DNA from: Candidatus Kaiserbacteria bacterium
GTDB taxonomy: Bacteria > Patescibacteriota > Minisyncoccia > Phycocordibacterales > UBA918
Direction: 5' to 3'
NCBI GenBank assembly: GCA_043729945.1
Contig: JAYTKW010000008.1
Coordinates: forward strand, 1-56,151
Length of the DNA: 56,151 bases
The translations under genes were made by a program, and so were the position numbers. The notes below the pieces were generated by a model. It was not told the DNA's origin. It worked only from the letters and a program-made list of their open reading frames with translations, and made no database searches. Below, piece after piece: positions 16,824 to 25,455 of this stretch (the stretch's first letter is position 1; each line of letters begins with the position of its first letter).

Positions 16824-17921
16824 ATGATTAATACATTAAAACAAATTACTGCATCTATTATTGCTGTTGCACTGACAGCCTGGTTAGTTAGTATGCCTGC
16901 CCTGGCCTACGAAAATGACTCGGTAGTGGTAACCAGTAATAATTCGGCTACTATTTCTAATGTGGCTATTTCTTCAGCAAATACGGGGGGTAACACCTCA
17001 CGTGGCGGCCGGGGTGGCCGGGGCGGGGAGGGTGGCGACGGTGGTAGCAATGCCGGTGCCGGCGGGTCAAGTATAAACTCTTCTCCTGGAGGTAGTACTC
17101 AGGAAGCTGGTGATGGCGCCCAAGGTGGTAACGGTGGTAATGCTGAGGGTGACGTTGACGGTATTGACGCACTCCAGCAAGGTGGTGCTGGTGGTAGTGG
17201 TGGTAGTGGTGGTAATACTGGCGCCGGTGGTACGGGGGGTAATAGCGGTACTGGTGGCACTGGCGGTTCTACTGGCGCCGGTGGTCATGGCGGTGATGGC
17301 GCCCAAGGTGGCAATGGTGGTTTGATTGAGACTGGTGAAGCGGTTGTAACATCAGACATTTCTAATGATGTAAACAACAATGACACTACGATCACTCGTG
17401 GCGCATCGTCTACGGCTGACCTTGATGAGACATCTGCTACCTCAACTGGTGATAATCAAGTCACGTTATCAAACGAGGCTGAGGCCACTGCCGATACTGG
17501 TAATAATGAATCGAAGGGTGGTAAAGGTGGTTCAGGTAACGAAGGTGGCGACGGTGGCAACAGTGCTGGTACCGGTGGTACTAGCGAGAACTCCTCTGCT
17601 GGAGGTAGTACTCAGGGGGCTGGTGATGGCGCCCAAGGTGGTAACGGTGGTAATGCTACGTCAACCCCTCCCTCTGAAGTTGATGGCACACAGCTAGCTG
17701 GCAATGGTGGCGCTGGCGGTAATGGTGGCGCTACTGGCGCCGGTGGTGTCGGTGGTAACAGCGGAACAGGCGGGGCTGGTGGTAATACCGGAGTCGGCGG
17801 ATCAGGCGGCAACGGTGCAGCTGGCGGTGAAGGGGGGATTGTACGAACCGGGCGCGCTGATTCATGGAGTAACGTCGTCAATGTTGTTAATCGCAACATT
17901 ACTCGTATCACTAGAAATTAA
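16824..17921 (+). CDS. Secreted glycine-rich repeat protein (GGxGGxGG tracts), internally duplicated
   Basis: Signal peptide ending PALAYE. There are two homologous modules, each of the form ...NTGGN/NTGNN - Gly tract - GSTQxAGDGAQGGNGGNA. The protein ends in a VVNVVNRNITRIT beta-strand-like motif. Confidence 0.8.
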   Translation: MINTLKQITASIIAVALTAWLVSMPALAYENDSVVVTSNNSATISNVAISSANTGGNTSRGGRGGRGGEGGDGGSNAGAGGSSINSSPGGSTQEAGDGAQGGNGGNAEGDVDGIDALQQGGAGGSGGSGGNTGAGGTGGNSGTGGTGGSTGAGGHGGDGAQGGNGGLIETGEAVVTSDISNDVNNNDTTITRGASSTADLDETSATSTGDNQVTLSNEAEATADTGNNESKGGKGGSGNEGGDGGNSAGTGGTSENSSAGGSTQGAGDGAQGGNGGNATSTPPSEVDGTQLAGNGGAGGNGGATGAGGVGGNSGTGGAGGNTGVGGSGGNGAAGGEGGIVRTGRADSWSNVVNVVNRNITRITRN

Positions 17922-17941
17922 GTAGCCTGATTAGGTATACA

Positions 17942-18018
17942 CGGAGTTGGTCTTTTTGCCTTTGTCGAGCAAAAAGACCCTCCGATGAAGACGGGAGTAC
18001 TGTTGGTCTCCTGTCTTC
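17942..18018 (+). other. Two consecutive strong hairpins between the Gly-rich gene and the next gene
   Basis: Hairpin 1 (17942..17984) has CGGAG..GGTCTTTTTGC / GCAAAAAGACC..CTCCG. Hairpin 2 (17987..18018) has GAAGACGGGAG / CTCCTGTCTTC. Neither is followed by a T run. Confidence 0.6.
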
Positions 18019-18057
18019 ACGGAGGGTACATATAAAAATTTCATATCATAAATTATT

Positions 18058-18531
18058 ATGAAAACACAACCTGTTTACTTGCTGGTAACACCGCTCATAC
18101 TGATGATGCTATTTAGTAGTATTTATCAAAAAGCAGAAGCAATCACTATTGTAAATACCGTCAGCGCGGCATCGAACACGGGGGTAAATGGTCAGAACGG
18201 ACAAAACGGACAAGTTGGTACTGATGGTAGTCGAGGACAGGATGGACAGAGTGTTGTAACTGATGTTTCTCACGCCTCGGTATCTGTTAAATCTGTTATC
18301 AACGGGGTAACGGTTATTGATAGTGAGCAAGATGTCTCCGGCACAGGAACACAGTCTGTTGTGATTGACTTGAGTACAACTACCGGTACTACAGATCCAG
18401 TAACAATCTCCATAACGTTGAATAATGAATTACTGACTGCAAACGAGACATTAGAACGACTGAAATTCTGGCAAGATCTACTTACTCGCGCCCGTAATCT
18501 TTTACAGTTATATGTCAGTATGCATTTCTAA
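18058..18531 (+). CDS. Secreted protein with short collagen-like G-x-y tract
   Basis: Signal peptide ending QKAEA, then GVNGQNGQNGQVGTDGSRGQDGQ. It shares the IVNTVSAASNTG motif style with its neighbours. Confidence 0.72.
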   Translation: MKTQPVYLLVTPLILMMLFSSIYQKAEAITIVNTVSAASNTGVNGQNGQNGQVGTDGSRGQDGQSVVTDVSHASVSVKSVINGVTVIDSEQDVSGTGTQSVVIDLSTTTGTTDPVTISITLNNELLTANETLERLKFWQDLLTRARNLLQLYVSMHF

Positions 18532-21355
18532 AGTACAAGCGGGTGTGCGTTGTTTTTGTATAGTAATTTTATTGTTATCAGTATCTCTGGCGCCTTTACC
18601 TTATCAGGTTTTGGCCATGTCGACTGATGGAGTGGGTGGTATAACTGGTGATCAGGGTTTAATTGGTAACGTTACAATTTCGATGAATAGCAGTAATGAC
18701 CTCAATGCAGATACTGACGCAGGTTTAGCGGGGGAAACACTCAGTTCACTTGATACTACTGGTGGAGTAGCGACCAGTAGTGAGGCGACTGTTGTTGTGC
18801 AAACGGGGGACGCCTCCGCGGGGGTCTCGCTTTCAACGGATGTAAATTCTAATGAGGTGCAAAGTGGGTTAGGAACCTCGACCCTATTAGTTGATTTTGA
18901 TACATACGTCCTGACTGCGTCGAGGACTAATGATGCGGTGGTCATGAACTCAGCTATAGTAGCAGCGCTGACAGGAGATAATATAGCTGAATCAGCCAAT
19001 GAAGTGGTAATAGGTACGGGGAATGTGCTGGCGGTCGCCAATATTGCGAACGTGGTTAATACGAACGTCATCAACTCAAACGGTTTTATGTCACTATTGA
19101 ACCAAGTGATTGACAGTATGTCCTCATGGAATCTACAAGATTTATTTTTTCCCGGCGGTGCGGCGTCAGTCCCGGATGCGCACATATGTACGTTAATGTC
19201 ATGTGCGGCCGAAGACGTGACGTATACTATTTCAAATACTAATACGGGAGAGGTGACAAATATGGTCAATCTAGATGCTGTGAGTGGACAAAATATCGGA
19301 GTGGGAGACGTGGTGGTGATTGATACAGGGGACGCGTATGCGGCGGCCAATGTTATCACTATTGCAAATAGTAATATTATTGATTCCAATTACCGTCTCC
19401 TGACTGTTAACGGTATTGGTACCTTAAACGGAGATTTGGTGCTGCCAACAGGAGCCCTTTTTAAAGCATTCTATGGATTATCAAATGGTATGAATCAGGT
19501 TGAAGATGAGACTGATGTAAAAATTACTGATGTAAATGTGAACAACGCAAGTATCGATAATGCACTCGCTACGTATGCTGAATCTGGTTTAAACGATGTG
19601 ATCACAACAGTGCACGGTGCTACAAAGACGGGTACCAGCTCAGCTCATTCCAATGTGGTGAACGAGGTAAATAAAAATCTCTTTGGAGGTGATTCATTGT
19701 ATTTGTTGATTCGGGTGCATGGGGCGTGGAATGGCAACGTTTTTGGTTTGCCTGAGGGTTTGTCATGGGTAGAGTCTGCGGAGGGAATTGTCATTTACAA
19801 TACGGATGCTGAGATTGTCCCGTCAGAAATACTCAACTATGATGTGGATACTTATAAAGCAGATTTTTCAAATAACAACACCATTGCAATTAACAATGAT
19901 CTAAATATAAATGCCGTCACTGGAAAAAATAATCTTGACGCTAGCCTGGGAACTGTAAATACTGGTGACGCTTATGCGGGGGCAAATGTGATGAATATCG
20001 CGAATACGAATGTAATAGGTCGTAATTGGATTATGGCAATTATGAATATTTTTGGTGACTTTAACGGTAACGTTTCATTTGGTCAGCCGGATTTGTGGGT
20101 TGGAGGTGAAGTACAGTCGATGGCGACACCCGTTGGTCCTGGTGCAAAGGTAGTCTATACTTTTACCGTCAAAAATAATGGTGACCTGACAGCGACTGAT
20201 GTAACTTTACATAATGAGCTACTAGGTGCCCGAATTACTTACCGGGGCGGTGCGGGCGAACAGCGCGAAGCGCGTACTCGGGATGAATTGATTGGTACCT
20301 TACTACCTGGCGAAACTAAGTTGGTATCGTTTGATGCGTATGTTGATGATACATTGCCGGTTGGTATCACCCCAGTCTTGGTCAAGGCTGGGCTAGCGCT
20401 TCGTGAATCCGATCGAAACCAAGTCAATAATCATGAGCTGGTGACACTCAACGCTGAGTACGCCCTGCCGGTGGTAATTGGTGGCAGTAGTGGCGGTTCT
20501 TCTGGTGGTGGTAGCAACAGCAGCACATCAGGAAATAGTTCTTCAGGTGGTGGAGGAGGGTCTAATCGTGCTTCGTCCGGTAAGTTACTCAGCAAAACAG
20601 CCGTGGTATCTAAAGTAAAAGTTGATAAGAAGGCGCCTCCAAAAATTTCTGTGACAAAAACAGCCAACGTTAAATCCACTGAAATTGTAAAAGCAGGTCA
20701 AGAAGTGATTTACGTAGTGGTGGTAACTAACGATGGAGGCATAGCCTATGATGCAAAAGTATCTGATCAGCTCTTGAACCCAATTGGCTCTGTGGTCAGT
20801 GAACAATCTTGGGACTTAGGCACCATTGGTGCTGGTGAAAAAATTAACCTCACCTATACCGTTAGTTACGCCTCTACGACTCCGAGTGGTGTGTACACGA
20901 ATACTGCTCGAGTTACTGCTAATCGCCTCTTAGCTAATGGAACAAAATCACCGCTCTCCATAAAGTCCGCCGTGTATACCGTGATGATGAGTGGTCAAGC
21001 TCAGTCTGTTGGTAATGTCGGCATCACTATGTTCGCGCCGATTGGGACGAGTCAGTCTGCTGCCATCCTGGCTTGGGAGACGATTCAGCCAACAGATGGT
21101 CAAGTGTTTTTTGGACCCGCTGGTACGGGTACTAGCTCACCGTACAGTCCGTACCTAGCAAATTATGGATACGCACAAGCCAGTTATCGTTCGCCACTCC
21201 TAACCACTAAACACTTTATTGTGTTGACAGGCCTGAGAGATGGTGTGGCATATAACTATCGCTTGCGATCGGTAAATGAAACTGGTGAAATTATTAGTAC
21301 ACAATATTCGTTTGTGGTACCGACTGATGCTTCTTTGGCACTACAGTTGCATTAA
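18512..21355 (+). CDS. Large exported surface protein: N-terminal TGDAxAxANVxNxANxNVI repeats, two DUF11-like domains, Gly/Ser linker, C-terminal FN3-like domain
   Basis: 947 aa. The repeats include TGNVLAVANIANVVNTNVI, TGDAYAAANVITIANSNII and TGDAYAGANVMNIANTNVI. DUF11-like strands are VVYTFTVKNNGDLTATDVTL and VIYVVVVTNDGGIAYDAKV. The FN3-like tail reads ILAWETIQPTDGQVFFG...YNYRLRSVNETGE. Confidence 0.85.
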   Translation: MSVCISKVQAGVRCFCIVILLLSVSLAPLPYQVLAMSTDGVGGITGDQGLIGNVTISMNSSNDLNADTDAGLAGETLSSLDTTGGVATSSEATVVVQTGDASAGVSLSTDVNSNEVQSGLGTSTLLVDFDTYVLTASRTNDAVVMNSAIVAALTGDNIAESANEVVIGTGNVLAVANIANVVNTNVINSNGFMSLLNQVIDSMSSWNLQDLFFPGGAASVPDAHICTLMSCAAEDVTYTISNTNTGEVTNMVNLDAVSGQNIGVGDVVVIDTGDAYAAANVITIANSNIIDSNYRLLTVNGIGTLNGDLVLPTGALFKAFYGLSNGMNQVEDETDVKITDVNVNNASIDNALATYAESGLNDVITTVHGATKTGTSSAHSNVVNEVNKNLFGGDSLYLLIRVHGAWNGNVFGLPEGLSWVESAEGIVIYNTDAEIVPSEILNYDVDTYKADFSNNNTIAINNDLNINAVTGKNNLDASLGTVNTGDAYAGANVMNIANTNVIGRNWIMAIMNIFGDFNGNVSFGQPDLWVGGEVQSMATPVGPGAKVVYTFTVKNNGDLTATDVTLHNELLGARITYRGGAGEQREARTRDELIGTLLPGETKLVSFDAYVDDTLPVGITPVLVKAGLALRESDRNQVNNHELVTLNAEYALPVVIGGSSGGSSGGGSNSSTSGNSSSGGGGGSNRASSGKLLSKTAVVSKVKVDKKAPPKISVTKTANVKSTEIVKAGQEVIYVVVVTNDGGIAYDAKVSDQLLNPIGSVVSEQSWDLGTIGAGEKINLTYTVSYASTTPSGVYTNTARVTANRLLANGTKSPLSIKSAVYTVMMSGQAQSVGNVGITMFAPIGTSQSAAILAWETIQPTDGQVFFGPAGTGTSSPYSPYLANYGYAQASYRSPLLTTKHFIVLTGLRDGVAYNYRLRSVNETGEIISTQYSFVVPTDASLALQLH

Positions 21356-21422
21356 ATCAGTATCACCGAGAGTATTACTTAAACAAAAATAGGTACATTC
21401 CCTACACTAACTATACATATAT

Positions 21423-23135
21423 ATGAACACAATTACTCATACAATTACTACTCACACGCGGGACACCAGATTGATTAGTTGCGTGGTGGTGGGATTAATT
21501 CTGACTTTTCTTAGCGGTGCAGTACCGCTTGGTTCAGTGACCGCGTTTGCTCAAGCAGAACCAACGGTGACTTTTATGCTGGAAAAAAAACTCAGTGACG
21601 CCTATCCGGTAGGGTATACAGCTGATCAATTTTCCTTTACTGTCAGTGGGTATACCACCCCGGTTACGCTCACGGCCTTTAATCCGGATTCGGCCAATGG
21701 CACTATCAATTTACCGGTTGGTACTTACACCCTTAGTGAGGTTGGGCCAATTGGATTTGTCCCGGGCGAGTGGACGGTCCAGTGGTCGGGGGCCGGCTGT
21801 GCCAATCAGTCTGGTCCGGTCACCACAATTACCGTTACAACGAGTGATATTGGTTTGGGAAACTTTGGCTGTCGTGCGGATAACCAGTGGCGCCCCGGTA
21901 CCCTGCGGGTGATTAAACAGATAGTTGGCACAACTACTCCTTACGAAAATTTTGATTTTACAGTGACTCAGGGGGTGACGGAACGGTTTTCGGGCCCGTT
22001 TGACGCCGACGGCGATAATGATGTGACTATAGCTGCGGGAGCGTACACCCTGACCGAAGCTAGCTACCCAGGCTACGTGCCGTCTTACTCAGCCGATTGC
22101 ACTGGCATAATTGCGCAAGGTGGTAGTAAAACCTGTACGATTACAAATACATATACGGCAACAACCAGTAGTAGTACATTCCCCGGTACCATTATTATTG
22201 AAAAACAGACGTTACCAGACGGCAATCAAACCAGTTTCACTTTTAACCCAAGCTGGAGTGAGGCTGATATTGTTCTGCAGGACGGTGGCCGAAGTACCTC
22301 AACTCCGCTTGTCCCGGGTATGTACAGTATAGTGGAAATTGTACCTGCTACTTGGGTGCAGAGTAGTGTTGTATGTAGCGATGGTAGTTCACTCGCTGCC
22401 CTCGTGCTAGCCTCAGGTGAGACTATTAATTGTGTAGTGACCAATACGCAAAATGAAACCTCAGGAGGCGGGGATAGTGATTTACAATACCGTCTCGTTT
22501 TTGGCTATGTTTGGCACGATCAGAATAGCAATACCGTATGGGATGTCGAGCAAACTAATCCAACTGACGACGAAAGTGATTTGGCTGGTTGGGTCATTAC
22601 TATTACAGACGGCAGTACTACCCTATCAACGGTAACGGATGAGATGGGATATTACTCCTTTATGGTGCCACAAGGAACCTGGACAATTTCTGAAGAGTTA
22701 CAACCAGAGTGGGGTCTGACATTTCCGGCAGTGAATCAACATGTGGTCAACATTAATAATGTGGAAACTGTGTTGTTGAATCCTAAAACTCAAGCCAGGT
22801 ATTTCTTTGCGCGCTTATTTGAATATGTGTTGCCAACTGCATATGCCCAAACAAGCAATAATTACGGACCGTACAATTTTGGTAATGTGCAATTTGGGAC
22901 AGGTGGTGACGGAGGGTCCAGCAGTGTCGGTGGCAGTAGACGGAGCAATCAACACAACGTACCTATGACCAGTCCTCAGCCCTTGGTACTTGGTGAGGCG
23001 GTCAGCGTACTACCAGTTGGAGCTCCAAATACCGGTGCTGGTGGCACTGCGACCCCTCAAGTACCAAAACCAATTCTAATTATTTTTGGTAGTGGTGGTG
23101 AGGGTAAGACGCGCTTACTGATGAGAAAACGGTAG
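21423..23135 (+). CDS. Exported multi-domain Cna-B/SpaA (prealbumin-fold)-like protein with LPXTG-like C-terminal signal
   Basis: Four repeats of the G.YT(L/I)SE..P.G(F/W)... pattern, each with paired Cys. The C-terminus is LPVGAPNTGAGG, then a short hydrophobic stretch, then KTRLLMRKR. Confidence 0.82.
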   Translation: MNTITHTITTHTRDTRLISCVVVGLILTFLSGAVPLGSVTAFAQAEPTVTFMLEKKLSDAYPVGYTADQFSFTVSGYTTPVTLTAFNPDSANGTINLPVGTYTLSEVGPIGFVPGEWTVQWSGAGCANQSGPVTTITVTTSDIGLGNFGCRADNQWRPGTLRVIKQIVGTTTPYENFDFTVTQGVTERFSGPFDADGDNDVTIAAGAYTLTEASYPGYVPSYSADCTGIIAQGGSKTCTITNTYTATTSSSTFPGTIIIEKQTLPDGNQTSFTFNPSWSEADIVLQDGGRSTSTPLVPGMYSIVEIVPATWVQSSVVCSDGSSLAALVLASGETINCVVTNTQNETSGGGDSDLQYRLVFGYVWHDQNSNTVWDVEQTNPTDDESDLAGWVITITDGSTTLSTVTDEMGYYSFMVPQGTWTISEELQPEWGLTFPAVNQHVVNINNVETVLLNPKTQARYFFARLFEYVLPTAYAQTSNNYGPYNFGNVQFGTGGDGGSSSVGGSRRSNQHNVPMTSPQPLVLGEAVSVLPVGAPNTGAGGTATPQVPKPILIIFGSGGEGKTRLLMRKR

Positions 23136-23508
23136 GTTACAAGTGCACGAGAGTAGCGTTATGTTACGAAAATCGGAGCAGGTCTTTGTTAAAAATGATT
23201 GTATACATTGAGAGTGTTGTTACAAAATGTCAGTGGTACACATGTCTAAATGTGGGTCGCTGCTTTTAGGTATTGTCAGAGTAGCTCTCGTCGAAGCGGC
23301 CGTAATTTTAAACCCTGCAGTAGTGTTTATACTTAATTAAGTTAGATGGTTACTTGGTCGATCTGGTTTTAGTAGAGTTTGTTGCATTTAACATGTATTA
23401 CTATCTGACTAAATAGTTAGTCCTTAGAAATAACCTCGTTTAAAATCAGACTGGTTATTTTTATTTTAGTTGGATAAACGGACATGCATCGTGTATTATG
23501 ACTGTCTT

Positions 23509-25434
23509 ATGAAATACTCGGCAGAAACCTTAAGAAAAGAAATGGAGCAGGAGAGGTGGGCGTTAGTGTTAGATAGTTTGCTAACTTTGGCCACGTTAGT
23601 TGGTTTAATTGGGGGTATCATCATGGAGATTTGGGAGTTTCCGGTATGGTACGCGTGGTCATTTTTTGGAGTAGCTTTTATCACCGGTGGCTTTAGAGCC
23701 TTAATTGGCGCACTCGCTAGTTTGTTTAAGGGTAAATTGGATATTGATTTACTGATGGTGTTGGCTGCTTTGGCGGCAGCTGGGGTGGGTGAAGTCCGCG
23801 ATGGGGCAATTTTGTTGTTTCTGTTTAGTTTGGCCGGAACTCTCGAGGCGTATGCAATGGGTAATACAAAGCGCGCAGTGGCTGGTTTAATGAAGCTGCG
23901 TCCAGATGAGGCGTATCTTGAACAGTCTGACGGTTCGCTTGTTCGCGTAGCAGTTGAGAAGCTCCGGATTGGAGACAGCGTGGTAGTAAAGCCTGGAGAA
24001 CGTATTCCCGTAGATGGAACAATTACTCGAGGCTCAAGTGTCATCGATCAGTCATCTGTGACAGGTGAATCAGTCCCGGTTGATGCGCTGGTGGGGAGTA
24101 GCGTGTACGCAGGTTCGGTCAATGGGTACGGGGTGCTTGCGCTACGGGTTGATGTGGTCTCGGATCAGTCAACTCTGGCCCGTATGATTGAACTTGTAGC
24201 ATCAGCCCAGGCAGAACGGTCACCTAGTGAGCGCTTCAGTGAGTGGTTTGGCTCTCGTTATACGTTTGTCGTACTCTTTGGCAGTATTGCTTCGCTCGGG
24301 ATTTTTTTGTTGCTCGGGATACCGCTTACGCTTGCGCTCTATAAAGCCGCCACGCTCCTGGTGGTTGCTAGTCCGTGCGCGATTGTCATTAGTGTGCCAG
24401 CGGCAGTGTTGTCAGCGCTCGCCTACGCTGCACGGCACGGGATGTTGTTTAAAGGCGGCGCCGCCCTCGAAGAGTTCGGTACGATCAAGACCATTGCCTT
24501 TGATAAAACTGGTACTTTGACTACTGGTGCTATGGCAGTGACAAAAGTCCTCTCGTTTGGTATGCCTGAAACGGACCTACTCAAAATTGCGGTGACTCTC
24601 GAGGCTCACTCTGAACACCCGCTCGCTAAGAGTATTTTGCTATATGCTGCTCACCAAGGCATTACTCCGCACGAAACTGCCGCTAGTACCGCCACCGCTA
24701 TTCCCGGCAAAGGAATGGAAGCGGTGATTGACGGCGTACCCTATTGGGCAGGAAACCGACGGTTTTTATCTGATAAAGGGTTGACGCTCGGGCACGACGA
24801 ACGTACGCAACTTGAGCAGTTGGAAGCTATGGGTATAACGGCAATTATTTTGGGTGATGCCACGCGCATTATCGGGTTTATCGGTATTGCGGATACCGTA
24901 CGGGACTCGGCTCTGGAAGCGATTGCTCTGTTGCGTAGTTCAGGTATCAAACGGATTGTAATGCTAACCGGGGATCATGCTAGTGTGGCTAATGCTGTTG
25001 GGGCTACGCTCGGTATATTACCGAGTGATATACACGCTGGTCTGCTGCCCGAAGACAAAGTAGTGATTTTAAAAAAACTCGAAGAGGAAGGCCCGGTAGC
25101 TTTTGTTGGTGATGGGGTAAATGACGCAGCAGCGCTGGCTGTTTCAAATGTGGGAATTGCGATGGGGGTGGCGGGCACCGATGTGGCGCTCGAAGCCGCT
25201 GACGTGGCCCTGCTGTCTGATGATTTACGAAAACTAGTGGCAGCGTTACGCTTGTCCAAGCGGACTAATCAAATTATAAAGCAGAATTTAGTATTTGCAT
25301 TGGGTATATTATTTATAATGGTGATGATCACAACGTTCTGGTATTTACCATTGCCGCTTGGTGTTATTGGTCACGAAGGGGGGACATTGTTGGTGGTTGC
25401 AAATGGACTCAGGCTCTTGTGGGGGTACCGGTAG
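23509..25434 (+). CDS. P1B-4-type heavy-metal (Co/Zn/Cd-class) translocating P-type ATPase
   Basis: Motifs DKTGTLT, TGES, GDGVNDAAAL, the TM4 motif SPC (VASPCAIV) and HEGGT in the last TM. There is no N-terminal metal-binding domain. The start is set at the ATG at 23509. Confidence 0.92.
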   Translation: MKYSAETLRKEMEQERWALVLDSLLTLATLVGLIGGIIMEIWEFPVWYAWSFFGVAFITGGFRALIGALASLFKGKLDIDLLMVLAALAAAGVGEVRDGAILLFLFSLAGTLEAYAMGNTKRAVAGLMKLRPDEAYLEQSDGSLVRVAVEKLRIGDSVVVKPGERIPVDGTITRGSSVIDQSSVTGESVPVDALVGSSVYAGSVNGYGVLALRVDVVSDQSTLARMIELVASAQAERSPSERFSEWFGSRYTFVVLFGSIASLGIFLLLGIPLTLALYKAATLLVVASPCAIVISVPAAVLSALAYAARHGMLFKGGAALEEFGTIKTIAFDKTGTLTTGAMAVTKVLSFGMPETDLLKIAVTLEAHSEHPLAKSILLYAAHQGITPHETAASTATAIPGKGMEAVIDGVPYWAGNRRFLSDKGLTLGHDERTQLEQLEAMGITAIILGDATRIIGFIGIADTVRDSALEAIALLRSSGIKRIVMLTGDHASVANAVGATLGILPSDIHAGLLPEDKVVILKKLEEEGPVAFVGDGVNDAAALAVSNVGIAMGVAGTDVALEAADVALLSDDLRKLVAALRLSKRTNQIIKQNLVFALGILFIMVMITTFWYLPLPLGVIGHEGGTLLVVANGLRLLWGYR

Positions 25435-25438
25435 AGGG

Positions 25439-25447
25439 TGATATACT
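25439..25447 (+). promoter_or_regulatory. Extended -10 TGaTATACT, 8 nt before ATG 25456
   Basis: Same pattern as the other leaderless-type promoters. Confidence 0.45.
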
Positions 25448-25455
25448 AACGCTAT

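Noticed and set aside
17088-17657. Diversity-generating retroelement template/variable repeat pair
   Set aside because: The two copies differ at adjacent A-to-G positions. However, there is no reverse transcriptase, no Avd-like gene and no non-coding template copy. An internal gene duplication explains the pattern.
16966-17925. Multiple overlapping ORFs on both strands inside the Gly-rich gene (for example 17067-17306 minus, 17110-17325 plus, 17612-17911 minus)
   Set aside because: They are artefacts of GGT/GGC-rich low-complexity sequence, which stays open in several frames. Only the frame with a signal peptide and the conserved end motifs is credible.
18652-19389. 245-aa minus-strand ORF
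   Set aside because: It lies entirely antisense to the 947-aa surface protein gene. Its Ser/Thr/Ala/Pro-biased composition mirrors the sense-strand repeats.
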